DNA of 64,000 nucleotides, from assembly GCA_050015075.1 (NCBI GenBank), contig JBEKCB010000002.1, positions 184,180 to 248,179 of the forward strand, in the 5' to 3' direction. The stretch's first letter is position 1. The number at the start of each line of letters is the position of its first letter. Origin of the DNA: Candidatus Brocadiia bacterium (lineage in GTDB: Bacteria > Planctomycetota > Brocadiia > CAIUPP01). The notes under the pieces are model-generated. The model saw only the letters and a list, made by a program, of their open reading frames with translations. It ran no database searches and had not been told where the DNA came from. The position numbers and the translations under genes were made by a program. Of the stretch, positions 51,172 through 60,450 are shown one piece after another.

Positions 51172-51900
51172 TCATCCTTTGAACTTCATCGTCTTGTCCA
51201 AATCGCCAGCGACATCCCAAAGGATATTTAGCATAGCGGCTGCTTTGTCTCTAAACGCATTGCTTACCCTTGTCTCCGACAACTTACACCGCCGAGCCAA
51301 ATCCTTGCGCTTGGGGCGCGGAAGCAGCTCTGGTGTTCCGGTTCTTTTCTGACACTCAAACGCATGGTCTTTTGCGGATCGGATATGCGATTTCAGTTCT
51401 CTCGTAAGGAGGTCAATTGCAGTCGCCCTCAACGCTCGTTTTCGAGGTGGCAACGGGGGACGCGGGCCAGATTGCTCAGGTCGGGTTTCGGACATCCCAG
51501 GGATGCGAGAGATCTCCTTCGAACGAGGCGTCTCCTTCCATATCTCGCCGCGCCGATACGTCGTGATCAGCACTCCCGGCACAAGGCGCAACCGCCGTTG
51601 GCAATCCGTGCAGAAGTACTCGCCATCTTCGTCCAGGACCGCCTGGTAGTCGGAACGCAGCACCGGCGTCGTGCAGTGCGGGCACTCGACCATCTCTTCG
51701 GCGAGGAGCAAGCCGCTTTCCGCAAGCAACTCGAACACGGAGGCTACCTGGTTCCGATCCGCTCGCAGGATGTCGGCGAAGTCGCCGACTCTCATGACCC
51801 CGTCCGTCTCCATTTCCTGAAATTGCGCGTCGACCTGCTGAATGACGCTCGCAAGACCAGGATGCCGTTCAGCTAAGTTCGCGCACTCTTTGAAGTACAT
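51172..51900 (-). CDS. Hypothetical zinc-ribbon plus HTH protein
   Basis: CPHC...CTDC and a C-terminal PKRKDLARRCKLSETRVSNAF helix-turn-helix. ATG at 51900. Confidence 0.6.
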   Translation of the reverse strand: MYFKECANLAERHPGLASVIQQVDAQFQEMETDGVMRVGDFADILRADRNQVASVFELLAESGLLLAEEMVECPHCTTPVLRSDYQAVLDEDGEYFCTDCQRRLRLVPGVLITTYRRGEIWKETPRSKEISRIPGMSETRPEQSGPRPPLPPRKRALRATAIDLLTRELKSHIRSAKDHAFECQKRTGTPELLPRPKRKDLARRCKLSETRVSNAFRDKAAAMLNILWDVAGDLDKTMKFKG

Positions 51901-52927
51901 ATCGCACCACGTCCTCGCTGTTGGGGGTCGGGAAATTGACGCGCGACTTGTCCCCGACGACATACACATGAGCCTCGCCCTTCAGGGGGTTCGGAATAGG
52001 GCCCGGCTGAACCTTAGGGAGCCAGTAGAAGTTGCCGAGATGCCCCGTGCCTTTCTTGGCGATGCTTCTCATGGCGCTGTTGATGACGCCCTCGCCCAGC
52101 GCCGATTCGCGCGGACTCGCACTTTGCGCGGCCAGGCGCCTCCCATGCGCGGTCCGATACTGGATGCCGTGGGCCCGGGCTTCCGACTTGCCGGCTTCCT
52201 CGAGCTCGTGGAGCTTCCGGATCGCGCCGCAGATGTCCACCAACCCGAACATCTTCTCGATGTCCAGCCAGCCGCTCACCAGCTCGTAATACTCCTTCGC
52301 CACTTGCTGGTACAGCGTGTCGCTCGGAAGCTGTGTGATCTGGAGCATGGCCGTGTTGGCGTGCAGGTTCCACTCAAAAGCCACGAGCGTCCGCGAAAGG
52401 TGGTTCATATAGGCCTTCAGAATAACCGTCGCGCCCTCCTCGGTCTCCTTCTCTTCATCGTGCTGCGGCGCGCGCTCGGCGTACTCGCGTTTCTGAACGG
52501 CGGTGACGCGCAGCGTCCCGTCCAATTGGACGATGGAGGACAGTGTCAATTTCTCCGGCAGGATCAGCGGAAGTCGCGCGTTCAGTAGGTTTCCGACGCC
52601 GTGACGCTCCAACTGCCGGCGAACGTGATCGACATCCCTCCATATCCGCACGTCGGTCCGGGGGCCGGTGAAAAGGAAGACGTGCTGCTTTCCCCAAGGC
52701 GCGACGGAATCCAGGAATTCCACCAACTGAGCATGCGTGAGTCGCTCCTCGTCAAGCGCTTCCTGAACCCGCTCACGCAGATCCGGTTTCGCGCCGGCTA
52801 TCGGCAGATCAACCCGACGCAGGAATTCCTGGACATACGACTTTCTGAGTGCGAGAACAAAATCCACCAGCGCTTGCCTTTCGTCTTCGGTGTACGCAGG
52901 CGGCTCCAGCAATGTGATCTCGTCCAT
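51869..52927 (-). CDS. Hypothetical protein in the LexA operon
   Basis: Long ORF with a GAAAGGA RBS. N-terminal SAP-like segment (L...DL...G.K.DL.ER.). No family recognised. Confidence 0.6.
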   Translation of the reverse strand: MDEITLLEPPAYTEDERQALVDFVLALRKSYVQEFLRRVDLPIAGAKPDLRERVQEALDEERLTHAQLVEFLDSVAPWGKQHVFLFTGPRTDVRIWRDVDHVRRQLERHGVGNLLNARLPLILPEKLTLSSIVQLDGTLRVTAVQKREYAERAPQHDEEKETEEGATVILKAYMNHLSRTLVAFEWNLHANTAMLQITQLPSDTLYQQVAKEYYELVSGWLDIEKMFGLVDICGAIRKLHELEEAGKSEARAHGIQYRTAHGRRLAAQSASPRESALGEGVINSAMRSIAKKGTGHLGNFYWLPKVQPGPIPNPLKGEAHVYVVGDKSRVNFPTPNSEDVVRYVLQRVRELS

Positions 52928-52944
52928 TGGCTTCCTTTCCCCTC

Positions 52945-53562
52945 TCATAGCGCCCGGTGGACTGCTACTACTTTGCCCTGAACACGGAATTCTTGTCCGT
53001 CTACATAGATCGGCTTCATCCTGTCGTTGGCAGGGTCGAGCCGGACACGACCCTGCTCAATACGAAGGCGCTTGAGCGTGGACTCGTCATCAATCAGTGC
53101 CACGACGATATCGCCATCGTCCGCCGTGTCCTGCCGACGAATGATGACAACATCGCCGTCGAGAATGTCGGCGTCCTTCATGCTGTCACCGTCCACGCGC
53201 AAGGCATATAAGTCTCGGCCTCGTCCAAGCCGCTCGTCGACAACGAGCGTCTCAGACGGGTCTTCAACGGCCAGATTCGGCGCGCCGGCGACGATGCGGC
53301 CCAATATCCGCACCTCGACCGAGTCCCGCCTGCGCAGCCCGCGGCCTCCGCGAACGACGAGAGACCGTGCGCCCAGATTCCCGCGCCGCAGAACGCCTTT
53401 CCTCTCCAGTGCCTGAAGCAATTCGAAAGCGCTGGAGCTCTTAATGCCGAACGCACCGCCGATCTCGCGCACGGTCGGCGGCAGGCCGTTGCGAGCGATG
53501 AACGCCTTGATCCAGTCGAAGATCTCGCGCTGACGGTCGGTCAGGCGCTGCGCCTCTGCCAT
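52945..53562 (-). CDS. lexA: LexA-family repressor (prophage-borne)
   Basis: LT.RQ.EI, G.PPTVREI, Ala-Gly cleavage site (VAGAP), catalytic Ser (GDSM) and Lys (TLKR). Confidence 0.88.
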   Translation of the reverse strand: MAEAQRLTDRQREIFDWIKAFIARNGLPPTVREIGGAFGIKSSSAFELLQALERKGVLRRGNLGARSLVVRGGRGLRRRDSVEVRILGRIVAGAPNLAVEDPSETLVVDERLGRGRDLYALRVDGDSMKDADILDGDVVIIRRQDTADDGDIVVALIDDESTLKRLRIEQGRVRLDPANDRMKPIYVDGQEFRVQGKVVAVHRAL

Positions 53563-53590
53563 GCTGCTCTCCAAGCTGAAAGAAGCACAC

Positions 53591-53619
53591 ATTATCCCCT
53601 AACGTCCGTTAGGAGTCAA
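53591..53619 (-). promoter_or_regulatory. lexA promoter with a palindromic operator between -35 and -10
   Basis: TTGACT-17-GATAAT on the minus strand. CCTAAC-N4-GTTAGG at 53598-53613. Confidence 0.75.
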
Positions 53620-53701
53620 ATCGCTTCGTGTCGTGTCCCGCACAGGCGATCTTGTCCCCCTTTATGCCTGTAGGAGGACCCTGTCAACGTTCAAGGGGAG
53701 G

Positions 53702-53942
53702 TGAAACTGACTTGAAACAAATCCTGAAACTGGGCCTGAAACAAACCCCGGAAACGGGCCTGAAACTGAAACAGGCTGTTTCAGGTTTTGTTTCAAGCGC
53801 AACATGCTGTAGCGCAGCGCGTTATGGAGCATTTGAAACAAAGAAACACGTTTGCGCGCACACCCCCCACACCCCCGTAGGGTGCGCGAGCCTGAAGGCG
53901 TCGCGCACCGGACCGGAATGTGCGTGCGCGAGGGCTGTTTCA
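53702..53942. repeat. (T)GAAAC iteron-like array (candidate phage origin)
   Basis: GAAAC at 53703, 53714, 53726, 53738, 53751, 53762, 53768, 53835 and 53843. Inverted copies at 53778, 53790 and 53937. Confidence 0.65.
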
Positions 53943-53966
53943 GGTTCAGCCTGCGCGCACCCCGGC

Positions 53967-54596
53967 ATGCCGTGCGTGTGCGAAGTTCCCAAGTGCGCCG
54001 CCGTGCCGTTGCACGGTCGCCACGCCGTGGGTGACGCAGCCTACGCACTCGTGGACTTCACGGACGTGGAACGGGTTTTGAATCATTCATGGCATGTGGT
54101 CCCCGGCTACTCAACGTGCTACGCCTACTGCGAGATAGGGGGCAAGCAGATATCAATGCACCGTTTTATTCTTGAACTCCCTCGCGGCGACAATCGAACG
54201 AACGACGTCGACCACGTCAACGGCAACGGTCTTGACAACAGGCGACACAACATCCGGGTGTGCACGCGCAGTCAGAACAAGCGCAATAAGCACCGCATCT
54301 GCGGACTCTCCGGTTTCAAAGGCGTGACCTTTGAGAAGGGAGGCGGAAAGCATTACTCAAAGCCGTGGCGTGCCTATACGAAGTCGAACGGGGTAAAGCA
54401 TTGGCTCGGTTACTTCGCCACGCGCGAAGAGGCCGCAGCGGCCTATGATTCCGCAGCGCTCCAGGAACACGGGGAGTTCGCGCGGACGAACGCCAGTATC
54501 AAAGCGAACCCGGTGCAGACACCGCGCATGGTGCCGGCTGACAGGGAGAAGATGTTGGCCTATCAGCGCCGGTGGCGGGCATCCAAGTCCATATAG
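53967..54596 (+). CDS. HNH-AP2 homing-type endonuclease
   Basis: MHRFIL, VDHVNGNGLDNRR.N.R, S.FKGV, W.A, LGYF.T.EEAA.AYD.AA and GEFA.TN motifs. Start uncertain. Confidence 0.85.
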   Translation: MPCVCEVPKCAAVPLHGRHAVGDAAYALVDFTDVERVLNHSWHVVPGYSTCYAYCEIGGKQISMHRFILELPRGDNRTNDVDHVNGNGLDNRRHNIRVCTRSQNKRNKHRICGLSGFKGVTFEKGGGKHYSKPWRAYTKSNGVKHWLGYFATREEAAAAYDSAALQEHGEFARTNASIKANPVQTPRMVPADREKMLAYQRRWRASKSI

Positions 54597-54706
54597 GTAC
54601 TTCCGGGCGAATGGGAGGGCCGCGATGTTGCAGACCCATCTTTTCACGAGAATTTGGATTTTGGAAATTGGGCTATTGTATTTGATTTCAACATGGACGA
54701 CATGAC

Positions 54707-55243
54707 ATGGCGAAGGCCGGCGCATCCGAGACGCTGAACCCGCTGGCGATGTCCGGCGTGGACCTGTGTTCGACGCTGCTGAAAGCAGGCGTCAAGCACC
54801 TGACGCCCGCAGCCATCGGCGCGTGGGTGCAGAAGGGCTGCCCGCGCAACCCGGATAAGACCTACAACGTTCTGAAGGTTCTGGCGTGGTTCGTGAACGA
54901 GCGCGCGGAAATCCCTTACAGGCCGAGCGCGGAGACCGACGAGGTGGAGAAGGAGAAGTTGGCGGTCCTGCGCGAGCGCAAACTGACGCTCCGTCAGAAC
55001 CGGTTGGCGGACGCGAAACAGCTGGTGGATCGGGAAGAGGTGCGCGAAGAGTGGATGCGGCGGCTGCATTCGTTCAAGAGCGGACTGGTGACGTTGGCGC
55101 GGGTGCTGGTGCGCGAGGTCGTCGGGCAGCCGGCGCCAGTGGTGCAGAAGGCGGTGGATGACCGAGTCAACGATGTCCTGCGGGCCTACGCGGAAGGGTG
55201 GGATGGCGACGGCGAGCTTCCGACCGGGGAGAAGAAGCCGTGA
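54707..55243 (+). CDS. Terminase small subunit (Nu1-like)
   Basis: N-terminal winged HTH (I.AW...GCP...Y....V..W), coiled coil and LV...EV. Its stop overlaps the GTG of the large subunit. Confidence 0.7.
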   Translation: MAKAGASETLNPLAMSGVDLCSTLLKAGVKHLTPAAIGAWVQKGCPRNPDKTYNVLKVLAWFVNERAEIPYRPSAETDEVEKEKLAVLRERKLTLRQNRLADAKQLVDREEVREEWMRRLHSFKSGLVTLARVLVREVVGQPAPVVQKAVDDRVNDVLRAYAEGWDGDGELPTGEKKP

Positions 55244-57312
55244 ACCCGAAAGGCAATCAGATCATAACGCCGGCGGACCAGCGGGCGGCGCTTCAGCCGA
55301 CCGAGAACCTTACGCCGTCGCAGTGGGCTGAGAAGTACCGCCGGTTGCCGCGCGGCCAGAGTAACCTCTCCGACCGGTACAAGAACGCCCTGTCACCCTA
55401 CTCGACCACGATCATGGACCTGTGCGCGATTCCAGGACTGGCGCAACTGGTCGTCATCAAGGCCGCGCAGATCGGCGCGTCAGAGGCGTTGCGGAATGTC
55501 GTCGGGTGGGCCGCTCATTTGGTCCCGGATCCTGCCGGCATCGCCATGCCGGACGAGAAGAAGGGCCGGGCCATCGTTGACAACCGCATCCTGCCGCTCT
55601 TCCGAGGAACGCCGCCGCTGAAGAAGCTGATGACGCCACGGAGCGCTGACGCGACGAAGCAGCAGGTCAAGCTGCAAAATGGATTTATCCTCCACCTCAT
55701 GTGGTCCGGTTCTGCCTCGAGCATGGCATCCGACCCGATGCGAATTGGAATCTGTGACGAGGTCGACAAGTTCTCGCCGTGGACGCACGGCCAGGGCGAG
55801 CCGGTCTCACTGGTGCAGGCGCGCCTGCGGACCTATGGCGAGCGCGGCCTCCTCATTGCCGCCAGCACGCCGAGCACCCGGTACGGCCGCATCTGGCAGC
55901 TCTTTGACGACTGCTCGATCAAGGTTTACTTCTACGTCCCGTGCCCGCGTTGCGGATTCCGGCAGCGCCTGCTGTTCTCGAATCTCAAGTTCGACAAGGG
56001 CGACAAGCCAGACCGCCATGACCAGGCCGACCACATCCGGCGCAACGCCGCTGCGTGGTACGAGTGCGCCGGGTGCAAGGGAAGGATCCTCGAGGCCGAC
56101 AAGCCGGCGATGTGCTGCGCCGGCAGATACCAGGCCGATTATGGCGAGAGCGTCATCCTGGACGCTGGCGGGCGCGCGCACGAGTCCATCGAGACAGTCG
56201 AGGCGTTCGCCCCAGGCACGAGCGTTGGCGTCCACATCTCCGGCCTCTACTGCCTGTGGCTGTCCTGGGCAGAGGTCGCGGCGCAGTTCGTTCTCGCCCA
56301 AGGATCGCGCGAGAAAATGTTCGCCTTCAAGACGGACACGCTCGGCGAACCGTTTGACGAGCAGACGACGAAACTTCACGCCGATGCCTTCACGCTCAAG
56401 GCGTCTCGCGCGAAGCTGCCGGAAGGCACCATCCCGAAATGGGCCGTGGCGCTCTCGGCGACGGTGGACACGCAGCACCGGTTCTTCAAGGCCGTCGTGC
56501 GCGCCTGGGGACCCACGGCCGACGGCGGCGGGATGGAGTCCGCCCGCATCTGGCACGGCCGCCTGGAAACCTTCAATGACCTGGACAGGATGCTACTCGG
56601 CCGCCTCTGGCAGTACGAGGACGGCGCATACCCGCCGATTCGCCTGCACCTGCTCCTGATCGACACCGGCGGCACGCAGCTCGAGAGCGAGGAAATCTCC
56701 CGCACGACGGAGGTCTACAAGTGGGTCCACGAACGTGTGCGCTGGAACGTCCGTGCGATCAAGGGAGCCAGGCGCGCGCACGGGGCCCAGGGCGCCATCC
56801 ACATTTGGCCGGCGAAGGCCGTCCAGCGGACGGATCAGGGCAACGCGAAGCAACACCGGCGCACCGACCTGACGCTCTGGATGCTGGACGTCCACCACTA
56901 CGCCGACGAGCTGGCCGACCTCGTTTCGCGCGGTCGGAAGAACGAGGCCGAAGAGGTCTGGCACCTGAATACGCGCAACGATTCCGAATACAACCAGGAA
57001 CTATCGAACTGCGTGAAGGTGGTCGAGCGCGTCGGCAACCACCTCGAGGAGGTCTGGCGCCCGGTGTCCGAAGGCGCGGTGATCGACTTCTTCGACTGCG
57101 AGGTCTACCAGGTCGCCGCCGCGTACATGATGCAGGTCCACACACTGCCGGCACGGGCGGTGATCGACGCGAGACGGGAGGAGTTGAAGAACGCCGCCGC
57201 ATTGGAGGCGCAGCAGGCGCGGGATCGAGAGGCGGCGCGGAAGTTGGAGGAAGAGTCAGAGACGGGGCGACGCGAGCCTGATGGTTGGACGCCGACGCCA
57301 TTCAAACTTTAA
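55240..57312 (+). CDS. Terminase large subunit (lambda GpA family)
   Basis: SQWAEKYR, KAAQIGASE, DEVD, STP, VPCP.CG..Q.L, VDTQ, IDTGG and DCEVY motifs. Confidence 0.92.
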   Translation: MNPKGNQIITPADQRAALQPTENLTPSQWAEKYRRLPRGQSNLSDRYKNALSPYSTTIMDLCAIPGLAQLVVIKAAQIGASEALRNVVGWAAHLVPDPAGIAMPDEKKGRAIVDNRILPLFRGTPPLKKLMTPRSADATKQQVKLQNGFILHLMWSGSASSMASDPMRIGICDEVDKFSPWTHGQGEPVSLVQARLRTYGERGLLIAASTPSTRYGRIWQLFDDCSIKVYFYVPCPRCGFRQRLLFSNLKFDKGDKPDRHDQADHIRRNAAAWYECAGCKGRILEADKPAMCCAGRYQADYGESVILDAGGRAHESIETVEAFAPGTSVGVHISGLYCLWLSWAEVAAQFVLAQGSREKMFAFKTDTLGEPFDEQTTKLHADAFTLKASRAKLPEGTIPKWAVALSATVDTQHRFFKAVVRAWGPTADGGGMESARIWHGRLETFNDLDRMLLGRLWQYEDGAYPPIRLHLLLIDTGGTQLESEEISRTTEVYKWVHERVRWNVRAIKGARRAHGAQGAIHIWPAKAVQRTDQGNAKQHRRTDLTLWMLDVHHYADELADLVSRGRKNEAEEVWHLNTRNDSEYNQELSNCVKVVERVGNHLEEVWRPVSEGAVIDFFDCEVYQVAAAYMMQVHTLPARAVIDARREELKNAAALEAQQARDREAARKLEEESETGRREPDGWTPTPFKL

Positions 57313-57323
57313 GGGAGAGGCTG

Positions 57324-58718
57324 ATGAAGATCGAGATGCGAAAGACGGCCGAGGTCAAGCCCTACGAGCGGAACCCGCGCATCAACGATGCGGCCGTGGA
57401 TGCCGTGGCGCGCAGCATCAAGGAGTTCGGCTGGCGACAGCCCATCGTCGTGGACGCCGCCGGCGTCGTGATCGCCGGCCACACGCGCCTGAAGGCCGCG
57501 CAGAAGCTTGGCCTCGAGAAGGTCCCCGTCCACGTCGCCACGGACCTGACGCCCACGCAGGTCAAGGCTTACCGCATCGCGGATAACAAGCTCGCGGAGC
57601 TGGCCGAGTGGAACATGGAGTTGCTGCCGATCGAACTGGCGGAACTCAAAGAGGCCGGCGTGGACATGACGATGCTCGGATTCAGCGCCGATGAACTGAA
57701 CCTTCAGCCAGGGCAGACCGACCCGGACAACGTGCCGTCGCCGCCGGACAAGGCCACGAGCGCCAGGGGCGACATCTACCAGCTCGGCAACCACCGGCTG
57801 ATGTGCGGGGACTCCGGCTCCGTGGCGGACCTGGACGCGCTCTTGGCCGGCGCTCCTGTTCATCTCGTGAACACTGACCCGCCTTACAACGTGAAGGTCG
57901 AGCCGAGGAGCAACAATGCCATCGCCGCAGGTTTGTCGTCGTTTGCGGGCTATGGCAACAAGCAGCACGCCCCTGGCGCTGGCAAGGGGCTGACTCACCA
58001 CCAGGGATTCGACCTGGCGCGCGGCAAGAGCAAGGCCCACGGCACCAGCAAGAAGATGCGCGCCAAAGACCGCCCCCTCGAAAACGACTTCGTCTCGGAC
58101 GACGCCTTCGAGAAGATGCTCCAGGCGTGGTTCGGCAACATCGCCCGCGTCCTTCAGCCGGGGCGCGCATTCTACATCTGGGGCGGCTACGCCAACTGCG
58201 GAAACTACCCGCCGGTCCTGAAGGTCTGCGAGCTGTATTTCAGCCAGGCGATCATCTGGGTGAAGGAGCACCCCGTTCTCACCCGCAAGGACTTCATGGG
58301 CAACCACGAGTGGTGTTTCTACGGATGGCGCCTCGGCGCCGGCCACAAATTCTACGGGCCGAACAACGCCCTGGACGTGTGGCCGATCAAGAAAGTCAAC
58401 CCGCAGTCCATGATCCATCTGACCGAGAAGCCCGTGGAACTGGCCACGCGAGCGATTCAGTATTCGTCTCAGCCCGGCGAGAACGTCCTTGACCTCTTCG
58501 GCGGGTCGGGTTCAACGCTGATCGCCTGCGAGCAGACGAGCCGGCATGCGTTCTTGATGGAGTTGGACACGCAGTACTGCGACGTGATCCGGCAGCGGTG
58601 GGCTGAGTTCGTCCACGGCGCGGGCTGCGATTGGAAGAAGCTTACGCCATCAACGAACGGCGTTAAAGCGAAGGAGGCCCGGAAGTGCGTCCGGGCCTCC
58701 CGAAAGGTGAAGCGATGA
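57324..58718 (+). CDS. ParB-N-domain DNA amino-methyltransferase (beta class)
   Basis: PY.RNPR, SI.EFGW.QPI and AGH.RL.AA (ParB). DPPYN precedes H.TEKP and DLFGGSGS. Confidence 0.9.
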   Translation: MKIEMRKTAEVKPYERNPRINDAAVDAVARSIKEFGWRQPIVVDAAGVVIAGHTRLKAAQKLGLEKVPVHVATDLTPTQVKAYRIADNKLAELAEWNMELLPIELAELKEAGVDMTMLGFSADELNLQPGQTDPDNVPSPPDKATSARGDIYQLGNHRLMCGDSGSVADLDALLAGAPVHLVNTDPPYNVKVEPRSNNAIAAGLSSFAGYGNKQHAPGAGKGLTHHQGFDLARGKSKAHGTSKKMRAKDRPLENDFVSDDAFEKMLQAWFGNIARVLQPGRAFYIWGGYANCGNYPPVLKVCELYFSQAIIWVKEHPVLTRKDFMGNHEWCFYGWRLGAGHKFYGPNNALDVWPIKKVNPQSMIHLTEKPVELATRAIQYSSQPGENVLDLFGGSGSTLIACEQTSRHAFLMELDTQYCDVIRQRWAEFVHGAGCDWKKLTPSTNGVKAKEARKCVRASRKVKR

Positions 58719-58723
58719 ATGCG

Positions 58724-59233
58724 TCAGCCGGCCAGCGCGAACTGCCCCCGGTCGACCTTCTTGAACCGGGCCTCGCTCCCCTTCTTCTGAATCTCGCGCA
58801 GGATGCTCGAGTACAGGGTCGCCGCCGGCGTCTTTCCGGCGGTCTCCCAGAGATTCTGTTCGAGGATGGCCTTGACGACCTCCTGGCAATTCATCGGCTT
58901 GCCGGCGGCCTTCATGACCTGGATCGCGGCGTCCACCAGACCCAGGCGTTTCTCTTGGCCCCGGGGCGCGCCCTTTTGGCCCACGTCGCGCCCGGACGCG
59001 GCCTTGGTAGCTTTGGGCGCGGCGGCCTTCGTCTTCGCGCCCTTGGCGGCCTGGGGCGCGTTCGTGTGGTGGACGGCCAGGCGGCCCGCGTCGGCCACGG
59101 TGAGCGTCTTGCCGCCTGCGGTCGTGACCGTGATCTTGCCCTTCTCGTTCACGCCAGTGACCGTCACCTGGACCGGGTTCTTGCCGACCTTCAGCATGTA
59201 CGTCTCGCCCGCCTTCACGTTCTCCAGCCTCAT
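58724..59233 (-). CDS. HARE-HTH-like winged-helix protein
   Basis: DAA..V......M...E, GKTP.ATLYS.I.REI and RF.K..RG.F motifs. Confidence 0.75.
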   Translation of the reverse strand: MRLENVKAGETYMLKVGKNPVQVTVTGVNEKGKITVTTAGGKTLTVADAGRLAVHHTNAPQAAKGAKTKAAAPKATKAASGRDVGQKGAPRGQEKRLGLVDAAIQVMKAAGKPMNCQEVVKAILEQNLWETAGKTPAATLYSSILREIQKKGSEARFKKVDRGQFALAG

Positions 59234-59332
59234 AGCACGTCCTCCATTCCCGAACCTACGTCGTCTCGGCCAGCCCATTGCCGGCCGCCATCCCCGCCCA
59301 CCGCGCGGGTGGGCGGAAGGGCGGTCGTCATC

Positions 59333-59602
59333 TCATGCACCGACGTTGAAGAGAATCTCGCAATCGCAATGCCCGCCGTTCTCGTCGAAGTAGGCGAGCG
59401 ATGCCGCCACGTCCATGTTCATCGCCTTCAGAATCTTCACGGCGCAGGGTCTGGCGGTTCCGCCAGCGCACTTCCATGTCGTGGCCTCCGGCGTGGAACC
59501 CTTCTTGAAGTCGCAGCCTTCCGGCCCGGCCAGCCGGTCACAGAACTCCGCCCAGCGCGGGTGCTTCGGCGTCATGATTTCCTTTGCTCTCAAGCGTCGC
59601 AT
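59333..59602 (-). CDS. DUF2695-like small protein
   Basis: C-terminal GGHCDCEILFNV motif. Confidence 0.7.
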   Translation of the reverse strand: MRRLRAKEIMTPKHPRWAEFCDRLAGPEGCDFKKGSTPEATTWKCAGGTARPCAVKILKAMNMDVAASLAYFDENGGHCDCEILFNVGA

Positions 59603-59614
59603 GTTCTTTGCCTC

Positions 59615-59884
59615 CTATTCCGGGACCGTAACCCAAACCTCGTGGCCGTCCGCGTCCACGTGCCGATACCTCGCAACCCACTGCTCGCGCCGCGCCAAGT
59701 CGGACAGGGCGTCCATCGTCCTGGCCGTGGCGATCACGCCCTTCAGCGAGCGCATGGCGTACAGGCGCGTCACGTGCGCCGGCCCCGTTACGATGGGCCG
59801 GTAGATGTGGACCGTCATCCCCAAGTAGCCCCACGGCTTTCTCTGGTACTCGCCATTCATGTGCAGGTCGCTTCGCGTCGCCAT
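59615..59884 (-). CDS. Hypothetical protein (89 aa)
   Basis: ATG at 59884 with an AGGAGG RBS. First gene of a three-gene counter-oriented cassette. Confidence 0.55.
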   Translation of the reverse strand: MATRSDLHMNGEYQRKPWGYLGMTVHIYRPIVTGPAHVTRLYAMRSLKGVIATARTMDALSDLARREQWVARYRHVDADGHEVWVTVPE

Positions 59885-59967
59885 CGCCGCCTCCTTTCTG
59901 TAACCTGCTGCATACCAGCGCCTTACATGCGACATGAGGGCATCAATTCGCCCCGAAAGCAAGGGAA

Positions 59968-60186
59968 ATGATGCAAGATTCCGCGCCCGCGAAAAGCCGC
60001 AGAATCTGGCGGAAACTCGACAAGGCTGAGCGCGCCGCGCGGCTGCGCGCCGCGCTGGCGACGCACCGCTGCCCCGGCAGAGGGCGAAAATGCGGCACGC
60101 CGTTTCCGCTGGTCGTGAGGACGGTAGGCGACGTTCGATACGTGAAGTGTCGCCGTTGCGGGAAAAACGGAAGGCTGATTGTGTGA
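59968..60186 (+). CDS. Small zinc-ribbon protein (possible Ogr/Delta-like late regulator)
   Basis: CP...CG.....V.RT...VRY.KCRRCG pattern, directly upstream of the late promoter. Confidence 0.45.
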   Translation: MMQDSAPAKSRRIWRKLDKAERAARLRAALATHRCPGRGRKCGTPFPLVVRTVGDVRYVKCRRCGKNGRLIV

Positions 60187-60259
60187 AAATTGCGGAGCGA
60201 TTTGGCCGCATGGACATTGGGGAATCCGAGTGTTTTTCCAGCGTCTGGAAAAGTGCATC

Positions 60260-60289
60260 TTGCCGCGTTCATTCCGTGAACGATATGAT
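60260..60289 (+). promoter_or_regulatory. Candidate late promoter with an internal palindrome
   Basis: TTGCCG-18-TATGAT. The spacer contains CGTTCA-N5-TGAACG. Confidence 0.5.
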
Positions 60290-60397
60290 GCGTGCGTAGT
60301 CTGAACGAACTCCTTTTGGAAAGTGACGCGGACAGACAACCTGACCGGCGAGCGCCGCCCAGAGTCATGACCTGAGCGGTAGGAACCGGCGAAACTG

Positions 60398-60450
60398 AAA
60401 ACCGGCCTGGTGAGAGGCTCACCCCTCTCATCGGGCCGGTTTTTTTGTTT
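60398..60450 (+). terminator. Intrinsic terminator upstream of the head genes
   Basis: ACCGGCCTGGTGAGAGG-ctcacc-CCTCTCATCGGGCCGGT followed by TTTTTTGTTT. Confidence 0.75.

Noticed and set aside
53702-53850. Possible CRISPR array (GAAAC resembles CRISPR repeat ends)
   Set aside because: Units are only 5-6 bp with 6-13 bp periods; no 25-40 bp repeats, spacers or cas genes.
53628-53966. N-terminal extension of the HNH-AP2 ORF
   Set aside because: It translates the GAAAC repeat array (LKQ/LKL repeats), so it is probably non-coding and the real start is downstream.
59285-59324. GC-rich hairpin between DUF2695 and HARE-HTH genes (a similar one at ~49007-49040)
   Set aside because: No U-tract or other support; may be an mRNA-stability hairpin but cannot be called.
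60296-60400. Hammerhead ribozyme or c-di-GMP-I riboswitch in the late leader
   Set aside because: CTGA...GAAAC is present but the CUGANGA core is incomplete. The GACGC resemblance lacks the GNRA loop. Not supportable without a covariance search.
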